41,474 nucleotides of DNA, taken from assembly GCA_034432995.1 (NCBI GenBank), contig DAOUAY010000624.1, positions 1 to 41,474 on the forward strand, written 5' to 3'. The notes under the pieces were generated by a model. The model was not told where the DNA came from, did no database searches, and was given only the letters and a program-made list of their open reading frames with translations. A program made the translations under genes and the position numbers. The stretch comes from Anaerolineae bacterium (GTDB lineage: Bacteria; Chloroflexota; Anaerolineae; B4-G1; SLSP01). Shown in pieces: positions 9,119 to 19,114 of this stretch. Positions within the stretch are counted from its first letter, which is position 1. Every line of letters starts with the position of its first letter.

Positions 9119-10078
9119 TCACAATTCAGGCAAGTTGGACTTCCCAAGCAAGCCCGCGCTGCTGGCCAGTTCCTGCATCTCGGTGGTAATGGCCTGGCGG
9201 CGGGCCGACTGCAGCTCCTGCGTCAATTCCTCGACCAAGCGATCCACATTCTGCGTGGCGGACTCCATCAGTTGGAAGCGCGCCGAGTGCTCGGAAGCCG
9301 CCGCGGTCAACAGCAGCGTGTAGAAATTGATTGCCGTCCACTGCTCCACGATGCGCACATACAACCGCAGCGGATCCGTCTCGATGATATACGGCGTGCC
9401 TGGCGGTTCACTTTCCGACACAAGCGGGTTAGCGGATGGTAATTCAGGCGGCAGCAGCCGGAAAACCGTCGGGCTGTAGCGCCCTGGCCCATCGTAGGTG
9501 TTGTAGATCACATCCACAGCATCGATCTCAGCGGCCTCGTATTGCTTTAGCCAATCGCGCGTCAACTGGAATACCAGATCAAAGGCGGGCAGGCGCGTCA
9601 CCGGCAGTCCTTGCGACCAGCGCAACGCGCGTTTTTGCCGGTGGAATATGCGGATGAGCCGTGTCCCGAACGCCGCCACATCCAGGGTCACGCCGCGCTG
9701 TTCCATGTCCGCGAAATGCTGTTCGGCGCGCGTGACCAGCGCGGCATTGTACCGGCCACACAGACCGCGTTCGCTCCCGATGGCCAACGCTATCACACGC
9801 TCTGGCGTGGGATCGGTCAACGCCGGTACTCTACGCAAAGAGAACAAGCGCTGGCGCACAGCGTCGAGCACGCGTGGCATTCGACTCGCGCCCTGGATAT
9901 GCGGCAACAGCAGCGGCAAAAAGGTCAACAGCCGGTCGCTGTAACCCCGCAAGCCGCGCAACCGGTTGAGCGCCATCTGCCAACTGCCGAGCGAGATCGT
10001 GCGCAGCGCCGCTAAAATCGGGCCGACGGCGCGCACGTTCTCTAAACGGCTCTGAATGCGTTCAAGGTCTTGTGACAT
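9119..10078 (-). CDS. atpG: F1Fo ATPase gamma subunit (N-ATPase-type operon)
   Basis: 319 aa. The N-terminal (IQSRLENVRAVGPILAALRTISL) and C-terminal (LTQELQSARRQAITTEMQELASSA) coiled-coil helices are typical of gamma. It is the last ATPase gene of the atpDC..BEFAG order. Confidence 0.85.
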   Translation of the reverse strand: MSQDLERIQSRLENVRAVGPILAALRTISLGSWQMALNRLRGLRGYSDRLLTFLPLLLPHIQGASRMPRVLDAVRQRLFSLRRVPALTDPTPERVIALAIGSERGLCGRYNAALVTRAEQHFADMEQRGVTLDVAAFGTRLIRIFHRQKRALRWSQGLPVTRLPAFDLVFQLTRDWLKQYEAAEIDAVDVIYNTYDGPGRYSPTVFRLLPPELPSANPLVSESEPPGTPYIIETDPLRLYVRIVEQWTAINFYTLLLTAAASEHSARFQLMESATQNVDRLVEELTQELQSARRQAITTEMQELASSAGLLGKSNLPEL

Positions 10079-10085
10079 GGCTTAA

Positions 10086-10424
10086 TCAGTATGTTTCGAA
10101 GCGTTCCAGATCCCAGACGAAAACGACGGCGCTGCCGATATAAGTGGTCGGCATCCCCAGCAATGGGCTGCGCTCAGCGACAAACTGGGAAGACGATTCG
10201 TCCGTGGCCGGCTCCAGCGCAATTTGCGTGCGGCAGTTATCGCGGATGATACCCAAAACTTGATCCAGGTCTTTCTGCCTGACAGCGATGAAGAGCATCT
10301 GCTGCGCCTGGCGCAACATCCCGCCCCGGCTGTCGGTGAACGTTGCCTTGTATCCCGCTGCGATAAGCGCTTCCATCACATGGCCGCCCTGATCGCGCGG
10401 CACCACTGCCATGACCATTCTCAT
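10086..10424 (-). CDS. PII-like signal-transduction protein of the DarA/PstA (DUF970, cyclic-di-AMP receptor) family
   Basis: 112 aa. RMVMAVVPRDQGGHVMEALIAAGYKATFTDSRGGMLRQAQQMLFIAVRQKDLDQVLGIIRDNC aligns position by position with B. subtilis DarA as I recall it ([63 protein letters not shown]). The C-terminal IGSAVVFVWDLERFETY matches VGGATVFVLPVDEFHQF. The ATG overlaps the atpA stop (ATGA), and AGGAGG lies 8 nt upstream inside atpA. Confidence 0.8.
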   Translation of the reverse strand: MRMVMAVVPRDQGGHVMEALIAAGYKATFTDSRGGMLRQAQQMLFIAVRQKDLDQVLGIIRDNCRTQIALEPATDESSSQFVAERSPLLGMPTTYIGSAVVFVWDLERFETY

Positions 10425-12169
10425 AGCCCAAGCCTCCTTTTGAACCAGGCGGTGCGGAAATCCTCCATCATTTCTGCCAGCATCGCGCGCACCTCTTCGA
10501 GGAATGTCGGCGCATATCCGCGTCGCGCATAGAGCGACGGGGTTTCCGCCTCGACGTAGGTCAGCAGCGCTCGTTCAAATGCCAGGATATCATCGGTGGG
10601 AATGTCGTCCAGGTGCCCCTCCGCTGCGGCAGCCAGCATGATGATTTGCGCCGCCAAAGGGAGCGGTCGATGGACAGGCTGCGTGAGCAAACGCTGCAGA
10701 CGCTCGCCGCGACGAATCTGGCGTTGTGTGGCCTCGTCGACATCTGTGCCGAAGCGGGCGAACCGCGCCACCTCCTCGTACTGCGCCAATTCCAACCGCA
10801 GCGACGAGGCCAGGGCGCGCATGGCCGGCGCCTGCGCCGCGCCCCCCACCCGCGAGACCGAGCGCCCGGCATCGATAGCGGGCTTCACGCCGCGATTGAA
10901 CAAATCACTATCCAACAGAATCTGTCCATCGGTGATCGAAATCAGGTTCGTGGGAATGTAGGCCGACATGCTCCCGCGCTGTGTTTCGACAATCGGCAAG
11001 GCTGTCAGCGAATAACCGCCCGCCGCTTCGCTCAACTTGCACGCCCGCTCCAATAGACGCGAGTGCAGGTAGAAAATATCGCCTGGATAGGCTTCGCGGC
11101 CCGGCGGACGGCGCAACAGCAGGCTCAACTCACGGTAAGCGTCGGCGTGCCGAGTGAGGTCGTCGTAGACCACAAGCACGTCGTGGCCCTCCCACATCAC
11201 GCCTTCGGCCATGGTACATCCGGCGTAGGGCGCCAGATAGCGCAGCGCGGGCGGGTCGTCAGGGCTGGAGACGATGACGGTGGTGTATTCCAGTGCGCCA
11301 GCGTGGCGCAAGGTCTCGATCACCGCCAGCGTGGAGGACTTCTTCTGCCCAATCGCCACATAGAAGCAGACCACACCGGAATGTTTTTGGTTGAGGATCG
11401 CATCCACCGCCAGCGTGGTCTTGCCGGTCTGCCGGTCGCCGATGATGAGTTCGCGTTGCCCGCGTCCAATCGGGATGAGCGCATCCACCATCTTCCAGCC
11501 GGTCAGCAGCGGCTCGTTCACCGGCTCGCGGTCGACGATGCCCGGCGCGTCATGCTCGAGGTGAGTGTAGTAGGCCGACTCGATCGGCCCGCGTTCATCC
11601 AGTGGCTGTCCGAGTGGGTTGACCACGCGCCCCAGAAGATTCCGTCCTACCGGAACTTGCAAGCGTTCGCCGGTTGCCATGACCTGATCCCCACCCTGGA
11701 TGCCCTCGGCGGGCCCCAGCAGAATCACATCGACATGATCGCGCTCCAAATTCAGAATCAGCCCTTGCACGCCGGTAGGGAAGGTCACCAATTCATCTGT
11801 GCAGGAACGCGGCAAGCCCGAGAGCGTCGCCACGCCGTTTCCGATACGCTGTACCGTGCCAACCGCGCGATACTGGACCTGCGCATCGATCGTCATCACC
11901 CGGTCGGTGAGCACGCGCACCATTTTGGCGATTTCGGGTCTGATCGAGCCAATGCCGGCGATCGCCGCAACTTCCTCACTCAGATGCTTCACAATGCTGG
12001 TGTCGCCGGCGCGATAGCGCCGCACCTCAGCGCCGACGTGTGGCGCACGCTCCCGCAAAATGCGCAACAGCGTCCTGACATCGGCGCCGTAAGCCGGTTG
12101 TTCCTCTCGCCGTTGTGACACGCCTGGCTGGAGCATAGACGGCGACGACAAGGATTGTCGCTCACTCAT
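10421..12169 (-). CDS. atpA: F1Fo ATPase alpha subunit with an N-terminal extension of about 70 aa
   Basis: Walker A GDRQTGKT and conserved alpha blocks (PGREAYPGDIFYLHSRLLERA, ITDGQI). The start at 12169 overlaps the atpF stop by 8 nt. The canonical alpha N-terminus begins near residue 76. Confidence 0.9.
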   Translation of the reverse strand: MSERQSLSSPSMLQPGVSQRREEQPAYGADVRTLLRILRERAPHVGAEVRRYRAGDTSIVKHLSEEVAAIAGIGSIRPEIAKMVRVLTDRVMTIDAQVQYRAVGTVQRIGNGVATLSGLPRSCTDELVTFPTGVQGLILNLERDHVDVILLGPAEGIQGGDQVMATGERLQVPVGRNLLGRVVNPLGQPLDERGPIESAYYTHLEHDAPGIVDREPVNEPLLTGWKMVDALIPIGRGQRELIIGDRQTGKTTLAVDAILNQKHSGVVCFYVAIGQKKSSTLAVIETLRHAGALEYTTVIVSSPDDPPALRYLAPYAGCTMAEGVMWEGHDVLVVYDDLTRHADAYRELSLLLRRPPGREAYPGDIFYLHSRLLERACKLSEAAGGYSLTALPIVETQRGSMSAYIPTNLISITDGQILLDSDLFNRGVKPAIDAGRSVSRVGGAAQAPAMRALASSLRLELAQYEEVARFARFGTDVDEATQRQIRRGERLQRLLTQPVHRPLPLAAQIIMLAAAAEGHLDDIPTDDILAFERALLTYVEAETPSLYARRGYAPTFLEEVRAMLAEMMEDFRTAWFKRRLGL

Positions 12170-12944
12170 TCGCTAATCTCTCCTTCAACACATCCATCAC
12201 TTCCTCGTGCAAGGCGTCCAGCTTGCCGGCGATGGTGTTATCCAGCATCAAATCGCCAATGCGCACGCGCATCCCCAATCCCAACGCCGGTTCAACTTTC
12301 AGATCGAGCGTGATGTTGCGGTCCGCAAGCGCGGTGAAGGTGCGCACAAGTTGGCCCTGCTGCTCGGCTGTGAGCGAGCGAGCCACGCGCGCAATCACAA
12401 CGGGCGTGCGCGCGCCCAGAGAACGCCGCAACAACTCCACCCGCTGCATGTCGGCGCGCCCCAACTCCCACACACTGTCATTGAGCTGTTTGAGCAGCGC
12501 CTCTTGCAGGGATTCCGACGCGACGCGACCGACCGCCAAGGCGCTCACATCCAAAACTGCGCGGAGCAGGTCTTCGTGGAACTCATCCACAGACTGGCGC
12601 TTCAAGCGATAGGCATCCACCTGCGCCTCGGTAAGAATGTGCTCCACTTCGGCCTGCACTTCCTGCATCAGCGCCACCCGGTCAAGCTCGGCCCGGTTTT
12701 TTGCCTCTTCGATCATCCTGGCAGCCTCTTCCTCTGTGCCTTCCATGCGGGTCTCCAACTCCACGCGCAACGCAGCCGCGGCCTCGCGGTCGGCCAGCAG
12801 TTCTAGCTGTAGCTGCTCCTTTTCCGCAGCGACCGCCCTGATGCGCGCCGACACAGGACGAAAAAGGAAATGGTAGAGCAATCCGGCAAAAACCAGAAAG
12901 TTGAATATCTGCCAGAGAATGGTAAAGACATCTAATTCAAGCAT
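12162..12944 (-). CDS. atpF: F1Fo ATPase subunit b fused to a delta(OSCP)-like C-terminal domain
   Basis: N-terminal TM (ILWQIFNFLVFAGLLYHFLFRP) followed by a long charged helix. The C-terminal ITLDLKVEPALGLGMRVRIGDLMLDNTIAGKLDAL resembles the delta-subunit C-terminus. There is no separate atpH in the operon. Confidence 0.8.
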   Translation of the reverse strand: MLELDVFTILWQIFNFLVFAGLLYHFLFRPVSARIRAVAAEKEQLQLELLADREAAAALRVELETRMEGTEEEAARMIEEAKNRAELDRVALMQEVQAEVEHILTEAQVDAYRLKRQSVDEFHEDLLRAVLDVSALAVGRVASESLQEALLKQLNDSVWELGRADMQRVELLRRSLGARTPVVIARVARSLTAEQQGQLVRTFTALADRNITLDLKVEPALGLGMRVRIGDLMLDNTIAGKLDALHEEVMDVLKERLANE

Positions 12945-12977
12945 CGATTAGCCCTTTCCCATCGCACGCTCACCCCC

Positions 12978-13259
12978 TTAACCCGTCGGGAAAAATCGAT
13001 CCAGCAACGGGTTGGCAAAGATCAACACCAGCACGACCAGCAAGACGTAAATCGCCGTTGTCTCCAGTAGAACGAGCGCAATGAGCATCGTGTTGCGGAT
13101 ATCCCCGGCCGCTTCCGGCTGGCGGATCATCCCCTCCAGAGCCTTGAGGACCGCGCGTCCTTCGACCAGGGCCGGCGTGATGGCTCCGAACACCATCCCC
13201 AACGCCGCCACGATGATTGTCACGACCGTCACCAATGTACCAGGATCTAGCTCTGCCAT
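12978..13259 (-). CDS. atpE: F1Fo ATPase c subunit with a Na+-type ion-binding signature
   Basis: Helical hairpin with the RQPE loop. LLETTAIY equals E65/T66/T67/Y70 of the I. tartaricus ESTGIY motif. Glu (VEGRAV) occupies the Q32-equivalent position, giving two carboxylates. Confidence 0.88.
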   Translation of the reverse strand: MAELDPGTLVTVVTIIVAALGMVFGAITPALVEGRAVLKALEGMIRQPEAAGDIRNTMLIALVLLETTAIYVLLVVLVLIFANPLLDRFFPTG

Positions 13260-13300
13260 ACGACAATTCCTCCTTACGATTATGAGTCATCAAGTTCGTG

Positions 13301-13939
13301 TCATTTGCTGTCCCCAAGCGCCGAAGCGATGTAACTCGAGGCCAAAATAGTAAAAACATAGGCTTGAAAAACGCCTGAAATCGTCTCTAACAGCATCATC
13401 GGCAGCGGCACTATAGGCTGGACTAACGAAAACATCACAGCGACAATGAATTCTGAACTGATCACATTGCCGAACAAGCGTAACGTCAACGACATCGTCC
13501 GGCTCAATTGCCCGATCATTTCCAGAGGGAACACAAAAATCGGGGTAGCCAGACTCTTGAGGTAGCCCCACACGCCCTTTTCACGCACGCCAAAATAGTG
13601 CACCGCAAAGAAGACCACCAACGCCATCGCCAACGGCGTGTTAATATCCTTCGTCGGCGTGTCCAGGAACGGCAGCAATCCCAGGTTGTTGGCAAGCAAA
13701 AGAAAGAGCATCAACGCGCCCAGGAAAGGGAGAAACGGTTCTGCCGACCGGCCCAGCATATCCGACACCATATCACTGACGAAGTCGATGAACATTTCCA
13801 GCGCCTCGGGCATCCAGCGACGCGCGACAAGGACCAGGGCCAAGATCAACGCTATCATGATCCACGTCGAAATCACCGTGTCGCGCACAGGGATGAGGTC
13901 GAAGAGCCAGAAAACGACTTTTGGGAAAACATCATCCAT
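13301..13939 (-). CDS. atpB: F1Fo ATPase a subunit
   Basis: Polytopic, with the conserved stator-Arg motif LSLTLRLFGN. It overlaps the upstream small gene by 8 nt. Confidence 0.88.
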   Translation of the reverse strand: MDDVFPKVVFWLFDLIPVRDTVISTWIMIALILALVLVARRWMPEALEMFIDFVSDMVSDMLGRSAEPFLPFLGALMLFLLLANNLGLLPFLDTPTKDINTPLAMALVVFFAVHYFGVREKGVWGYLKSLATPIFVFPLEMIGQLSRTMSLTLRLFGNVISSEFIVAVMFSLVQPIVPLPMMLLETISGVFQAYVFTILASSYIASALGDSK

Positions 13940-14200
13940 TGGCAGGTCCTTTAGTCAAAAACAACACCGTCCAACGTCCCAACCAGAGGCCGGCAAAGGC
14001 CAATAGGCCCGCAGCGGCGCTTTGCTGCAACGCCGCCACCAAAACGAGCGCCGATAGAGCCAAACGCAGCGCAAACCCACTGACGAACGACGATAGCGCG
14101 CGCACCTCTCCACCTGGGCGCAGTCTGCTAACCGTTCCGGCAACCAACGCGACGTTCAACACAGCCACCACGAAACCGGCAGGCAACCAGAGCCAGGGAT

Positions 14201-14204
<4 letters not shown>
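13932..14204 (-). CDS. Small hydrophobic AtpQ/AtpR(AtpI)-like N-ATPase accessory protein
   Basis: 90 aa with 3 predicted TM segments. It fills the whole atpC-atpB gap and overlaps both neighbours (4 nt and 8 nt). It occupies the atpQ/atpR position of N-ATPase operons, but only one such gene is present. Confidence 0.65.
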
Positions 14205-16070
<1,866 letters not shown>

Positions 16071-16191
16071 TCATTGCCGTCTAAGTATACCAAGAGAATC
16101 CTGAGGAAGCAAGACAAAAACTGTGGGAAGTCATTGCAAAATCCCCATTTGCGTGTATTATCAGGCTGGTAAATGCAATAGGAGAGAAACT

Positions 16192-17199
16192 ATGCCACTA
16201 GTAGAAGAGCTAGGTATCGACCTCGGTACGGTCAATGTGCTGGTCTATGTGCGCGGGCGAGGGATTGTGCTACAAGAGCCTTCGGTCGTCGCCCAACAAA
16301 TTGATAACGGAGAGATCGTCGCCGTCGGCGAAGAGGCGCGCGCGATGATGGGACGCGCCCCGGAGACCATCCAAGTACGACGCCCGTTGCGCGATGGGGT
16401 TATCGCCGATTACCGCATCACCCAGAAAATGCTCTACTACTTCATCAACCGTTCGATTGGCAAAACGCGGTTGATCAAACCGCGGGTCTTCGTCACCGTA
16501 CCCTTCGGCGTCACCCAGGTGGAAAGCCGGGCCGTCCGCGAGGCCGCGTTGGAAGCCGGAGCAGGCCGCGCGTACTTGATCCCTGAACCGCTGGCGGGCG
16601 CGATCGGAGCCGGGTTGCCAATTCACACACCCGGCGGGCATATGATCGTCGACCTGGGCGGCGGCGCAAGCGAGGCGGCGGTGCTGTCCGTCTACGGTGT
16701 GGTGACGTCAGCCGCCATCCGCGTGGGCGGCGTCCGTATGGACGAAACCATCGCCGCGTACGTACGCCGCAAATACAACCTGATGCTCGGCCTGCCGAGC
16801 GCCGAAGAAGCCAAAATCCGCATCGGCTCCGCCATTCCTACCGACGACAGTATGCGCATGGAAGTGCAGGGCCGCGATCAGGTGACCGGTCTGCCGCGTA
16901 GTGTCGAAATCAGCACCGACGATGTCGCCGAAGCCCTGGAAGAGCCAGTCGCCCTCATCATCAACATGGTCAAGTCCGTGCTCGAACGCACGCCTCCCGA
17001 ATTAGCCTCCGACATCATCGACCGTGGCATGACGATGATCGGCGGCGGGTCGCTCCTGCGCAATTTCGACCAGCTCCTGACACAAGAAACCGGCGTGCCG
17101 GTCTACGTCGCCGACGCGCCGATGGCATGTGTGGCGGTCGGCGCGGGCAAGGCGCACGCCCTGCTCCCCTACCTGCAACGGACGCTCTCCAAGCTGTAA
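16192..17199 (+). CDS. mreB: Rod-shape-determining actin homologue MreB
   Basis: LGIDLGTVNVLVYVRGRGIVLQEPSVVA, IVDLGGGASEAAVLS, GIVLTGGGSLL-like MTMIGGGSLLRNFDQLLTQETGVPV. The ATG at 16192 follows GGAGAG. No mreC or mreD follows. Confidence 0.92.
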   Translation: MPLVEELGIDLGTVNVLVYVRGRGIVLQEPSVVAQQIDNGEIVAVGEEARAMMGRAPETIQVRRPLRDGVIADYRITQKMLYYFINRSIGKTRLIKPRVFVTVPFGVTQVESRAVREAALEAGAGRAYLIPEPLAGAIGAGLPIHTPGGHMIVDLGGGASEAAVLSVYGVVTSAAIRVGGVRMDETIAAYVRRKYNLMLGLPSAEEAKIRIGSAIPTDDSMRMEVQGRDQVTGLPRSVEISTDDVAEALEEPVALIINMVKSVLERTPPELASDIIDRGMTMIGGGSLLRNFDQLLTQETGVPVYVADAPMACVAVGAGKAHALLPYLQRTLSKL

Positions 17200-17206
17200 G
17201 CGGCAG

Positions 17207-17237
17207 TTAGCCGTCAGCGATCAGCCTTCAGCCTGAT
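17207..17237. repeat. Degenerate heptanucleotide tandem repeat (about 4.5 units)
   Basis: ttag/tcag/tcag/tcag/tgat at 17207, 17214, 17221, 17228 and 17234-35 with a 7-nt period. It shares tcagcgatcagcc with 1286-1298. Confidence 0.6.
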
Positions 17238-17270
17238 ACACACAAAGCCCCGTGACGGGGCTTTGTGTGT
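17238..17270 (+). terminator. Perfect 14-bp stem-loop after mreB
   Basis: acacacaaagcccc (17238-17251), loop gtgac, then ggggctttgtgtgt (17257-17270). It is followed by gtgg rather than a U-tract. Confidence 0.6.
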
Positions 17271-17280
17271 GTGGCAGCAA

Positions 17281-17376
17281 AGATTACAAAAGTCTCAGCA
17301 GACACCTGCATTTGGCGCGTTTTTCGTTCAACAAGACACTTGGTCAACGCAATCCCATGTGAGACTTTTGTAGTCT
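17281..17376. repeat. 96-bp unit bounded by 17-bp inverted repeats (16/17 match); MITE-like or structured RNA
   Basis: agattacaaaagtctca (17281-17297) against tgagacttttgtagtct (17360-17376). A third copy of the arm, gagacttttgtaat, lies at 22603-22616. Confidence 0.55.
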
Positions 17377-17447
17377 GGCCCCGGCGAAGGTTAAATGCAA
17401 TAGTCCCACTTTTTCAGCAAGTCCTTGCAACTTTTGGCGGGGTTTTG

Positions 17448-17456
17448 TGGTATAAT
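17448..17456 (+). promoter_or_regulatory. Extended -10 promoter element (TGgTATAAT) for the exporter operon
   Basis: tggtataat at 17448-17456. The nearest -35-like hexamer, ttgcaa (17425-17430), sits at a suboptimal 20-nt spacing. The start codon is at 17523. Confidence 0.5.
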
Positions 17457-17498
17457 GACCGGGTCAACTATGACCCTGGTCAACATTGACCCCGGTCA
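17456..17498. promoter_or_regulatory. Three tandem palindromic operator-like sites, TGACC-N1-2-GGTCA
   Basis: tgaccgggtca (17456-17466), tgaccctggtca (17471-17482) and tgaccccggtca (17487-17498). Centre-to-centre spacing is about 15.5-16 bp, and the first site overlaps the last base of the -10 box. Confidence 0.6.
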
Positions 17499-17522
17499 TA
17501 TATATTGGGAAGAGGCAGTCCG

Positions 17523-19074
17523 ATGAAGAAAGTTATAACGTGGATCATCATTCTCGCCTTGATCGGCGGAGGGATCGCCGCGTATCTGTGGTGGCGCGGG
17601 GAGCAGGCAACGGCGCAGCAAAGCAGCAATATCCTCCGCACTGAGCAGGTGACGCGCGGTGATCTGAGCATCACGGTCGTCGCCAGTGGCAATGTTGCCG
17701 TCAACAACAAACTCGATCTGCGTTTCGACAGCAGCGGGATCGTCGATCGCGTGTACGTCCAGGCCAACCAGCGGGTACGGGCCGGCGAAGCACTGGCGCA
17801 ACTGGTTACGACGGACCTGGAACGGGCCGTGCAACAGGCGACCATCGCGCTGGAACAGGCCAAACTCAACCGCGATCTCCTCACCAAACCGGTGGCCACC
17901 GAGGATGTGGAATTGGCGCGTCTGAACGTCCAGAGCGCAGCGCAGGCGCTCGAAGTCGCGCGCATCGGCAAGCAGACGGCGCAGGTCGACGCCAACACGA
18001 TGATCGTCCAGGCACAACGCGCCCGCGAAAGCGCCTACAACGATTACAGCAAGCAACAAAACGAAGACGCGCGCCTCAAGTTTGAAAGAGCTGAGGAGCA
18101 GGAGTACATCGCCAGAAAGAATGCCGAGGTCACGCAGGAACAGGCGCAGGCGCAATGGCTGGCAGCTTACAGTCGTTACCAGCAAGCCGCTGAGAGCCTG
18201 CGCAAGCTCGAAGAAGGCCCTACCGAGCAGCAGGTACGCCAGGCCGAGTTGCAAATCGAACAAGCCGCCTTGAACCTGGAACAGGCGCAAGCCCGGTTGG
18301 CCGACGCGCGCCTCACCGCCCCCTTTGCCGGTTTGGTCGCGGCGGTCAACGTGCAAGAGGGCGTAGCGGCTGCACCTGGCGCGGCTGCGTTCACCCTGGT
18401 GGACGATTCGCAGTTCTACGTCGATGTGACGGTCGATGAGATCGACATCGGCAAAGTTAGCGTCGGGCAGAAGGCAGAAGTGACGCTGGATGCCTACCCG
18501 GATCGCGGCATCGACGGCGTCGTCGAGAGCATCGCGCCGGGCGCGCTCAACCTCGGCGGTATCATCTCGTATCGCTTGCGGGTACGGTTATCCCCTCCCC
18601 CCCTCACCTCCCCCCCCATCGGGGGGGACAGAGGGAGGGGCCTCCCCCCCATCGGGGGGGACAGAGGGAGGGGCCTCCCCCCCATCGGGGGGGACAGAGA
18701 GAGGGGCCTCCCCCCCATCGGGGGGGACAGAGGGAGGGGCCTCCCCCCCATCGGGGGGGACAGAGGGGGGGAAAGCAAGGGGGAGCACGATCCGCGACGG
18801 TATGACCGCCAGTATCGTAATCTACACTGCTACGGTCGAGAACGTTCTGCTTGCGCCGAACTGGGCAATACGGGCAGAGCAATCCAGCGGGGAAACCGTC
18901 TTGTACTGCTATGTGCTCAACAACGATGGCGTTCCCGAACGTCGCACGATCACTCGGGGGCGCTATGACGAATCGTTCACCGAGATCCTTTCCGGCCTGC
19001 AAGAAGGCGATACTGTGGCCCTGGTAACCGAAGAGCGCAACCTGCTCGATCTTATGCAGTTCGGTGGCCCTTGA
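17523..19074 (+). pseudogene. HlyD/MacA-type periplasmic adaptor (paralogue 1), frame-broken within an internal 33-bp repeat array
   Basis: The N-terminal part lies in the frame of ORF 17505-18968 ([16 protein letters not shown]..., coiled coil, ...ISYRLRVRL). The homologous C-terminal part (GMTASIVIYTATVENVLLAPNWAIRAEQ...VALVTEERNLLDLMQFGGP) lies in the +1 frame of ORF 18490-19074. Total length is 1552 nt, which is not a multiple of 3. The colinear paralogue at 19115-20524 is intact. Confidence 0.8.
18591..18775. repeat. Intragenic tandem array: 33-bp unit CCCCCCCATCGGGGGGGACAGAGGGAGGGGCCT, 4 full copies plus 1 partial copy
   Basis: C-tracts start at 18610/11, 18644, 18677, 18710 and 18743, an exact 33-nt period. 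Each unit contains a C7-ATC-G7 palindrome. Copy 1 has C8 (18610-18617) and copy 3 carries one G>A change. The array encodes PPIGGDRGRGL in one frame and PPSGGTEGGAS in the other. Confidence 0.9.
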
Positions 19075-19083
19075 TGAGTCAGA

Positions 19084-19112
19084 AATCAGCAACGAGAAAC
19101 GAGAAACCAGAA
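19084..19112. repeat. Heptanucleotide tandem repeat between the two adaptor genes
   Basis: aatcagc aacgaga aacgaga aaccaga, immediately upstream of the ATG at 19115. No GGAGG-type RBS is present. Confidence 0.5.
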
Positions 19113-19114
19113 CT

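Noticed and set aside
10596-12806. Several long plus-strand ORFs antisense to atpA and atpF (for example 11063-12118 at 351 aa and 12207-12806 at 199 aa).
   Set aside because: They are shadow ORFs opposite strongly recognisable ATPase genes. Their composition is Arg/His/Gln-rich and low-complexity, with no motifs and no RBS.
17265-17489. 74-aa plus-strand ORF in the mreB / adaptor intergenic region.
   Set aside because: It has no RBS and spans the inverted-repeat unit, the promoter and the operator palindromes. Its composition is not protein-like.
18591-18775. The repeat array as a possible CRISPR locus.
   Set aside because: The repeats are contiguous with no spacers and sit inside a coding gene. 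No cas genes or leader are present. This is a tandem minisatellite-like array.
18494-18788. Minus-strand ORFs 18494-18778 and 18588-18788, which encode PPMGGRPLPLS or PPDGGEAPPSV repeats.
   Set aside because: These are artefacts of reading the palindromic 33-bp array on the opposite strand, and they lie within the adaptor gene.
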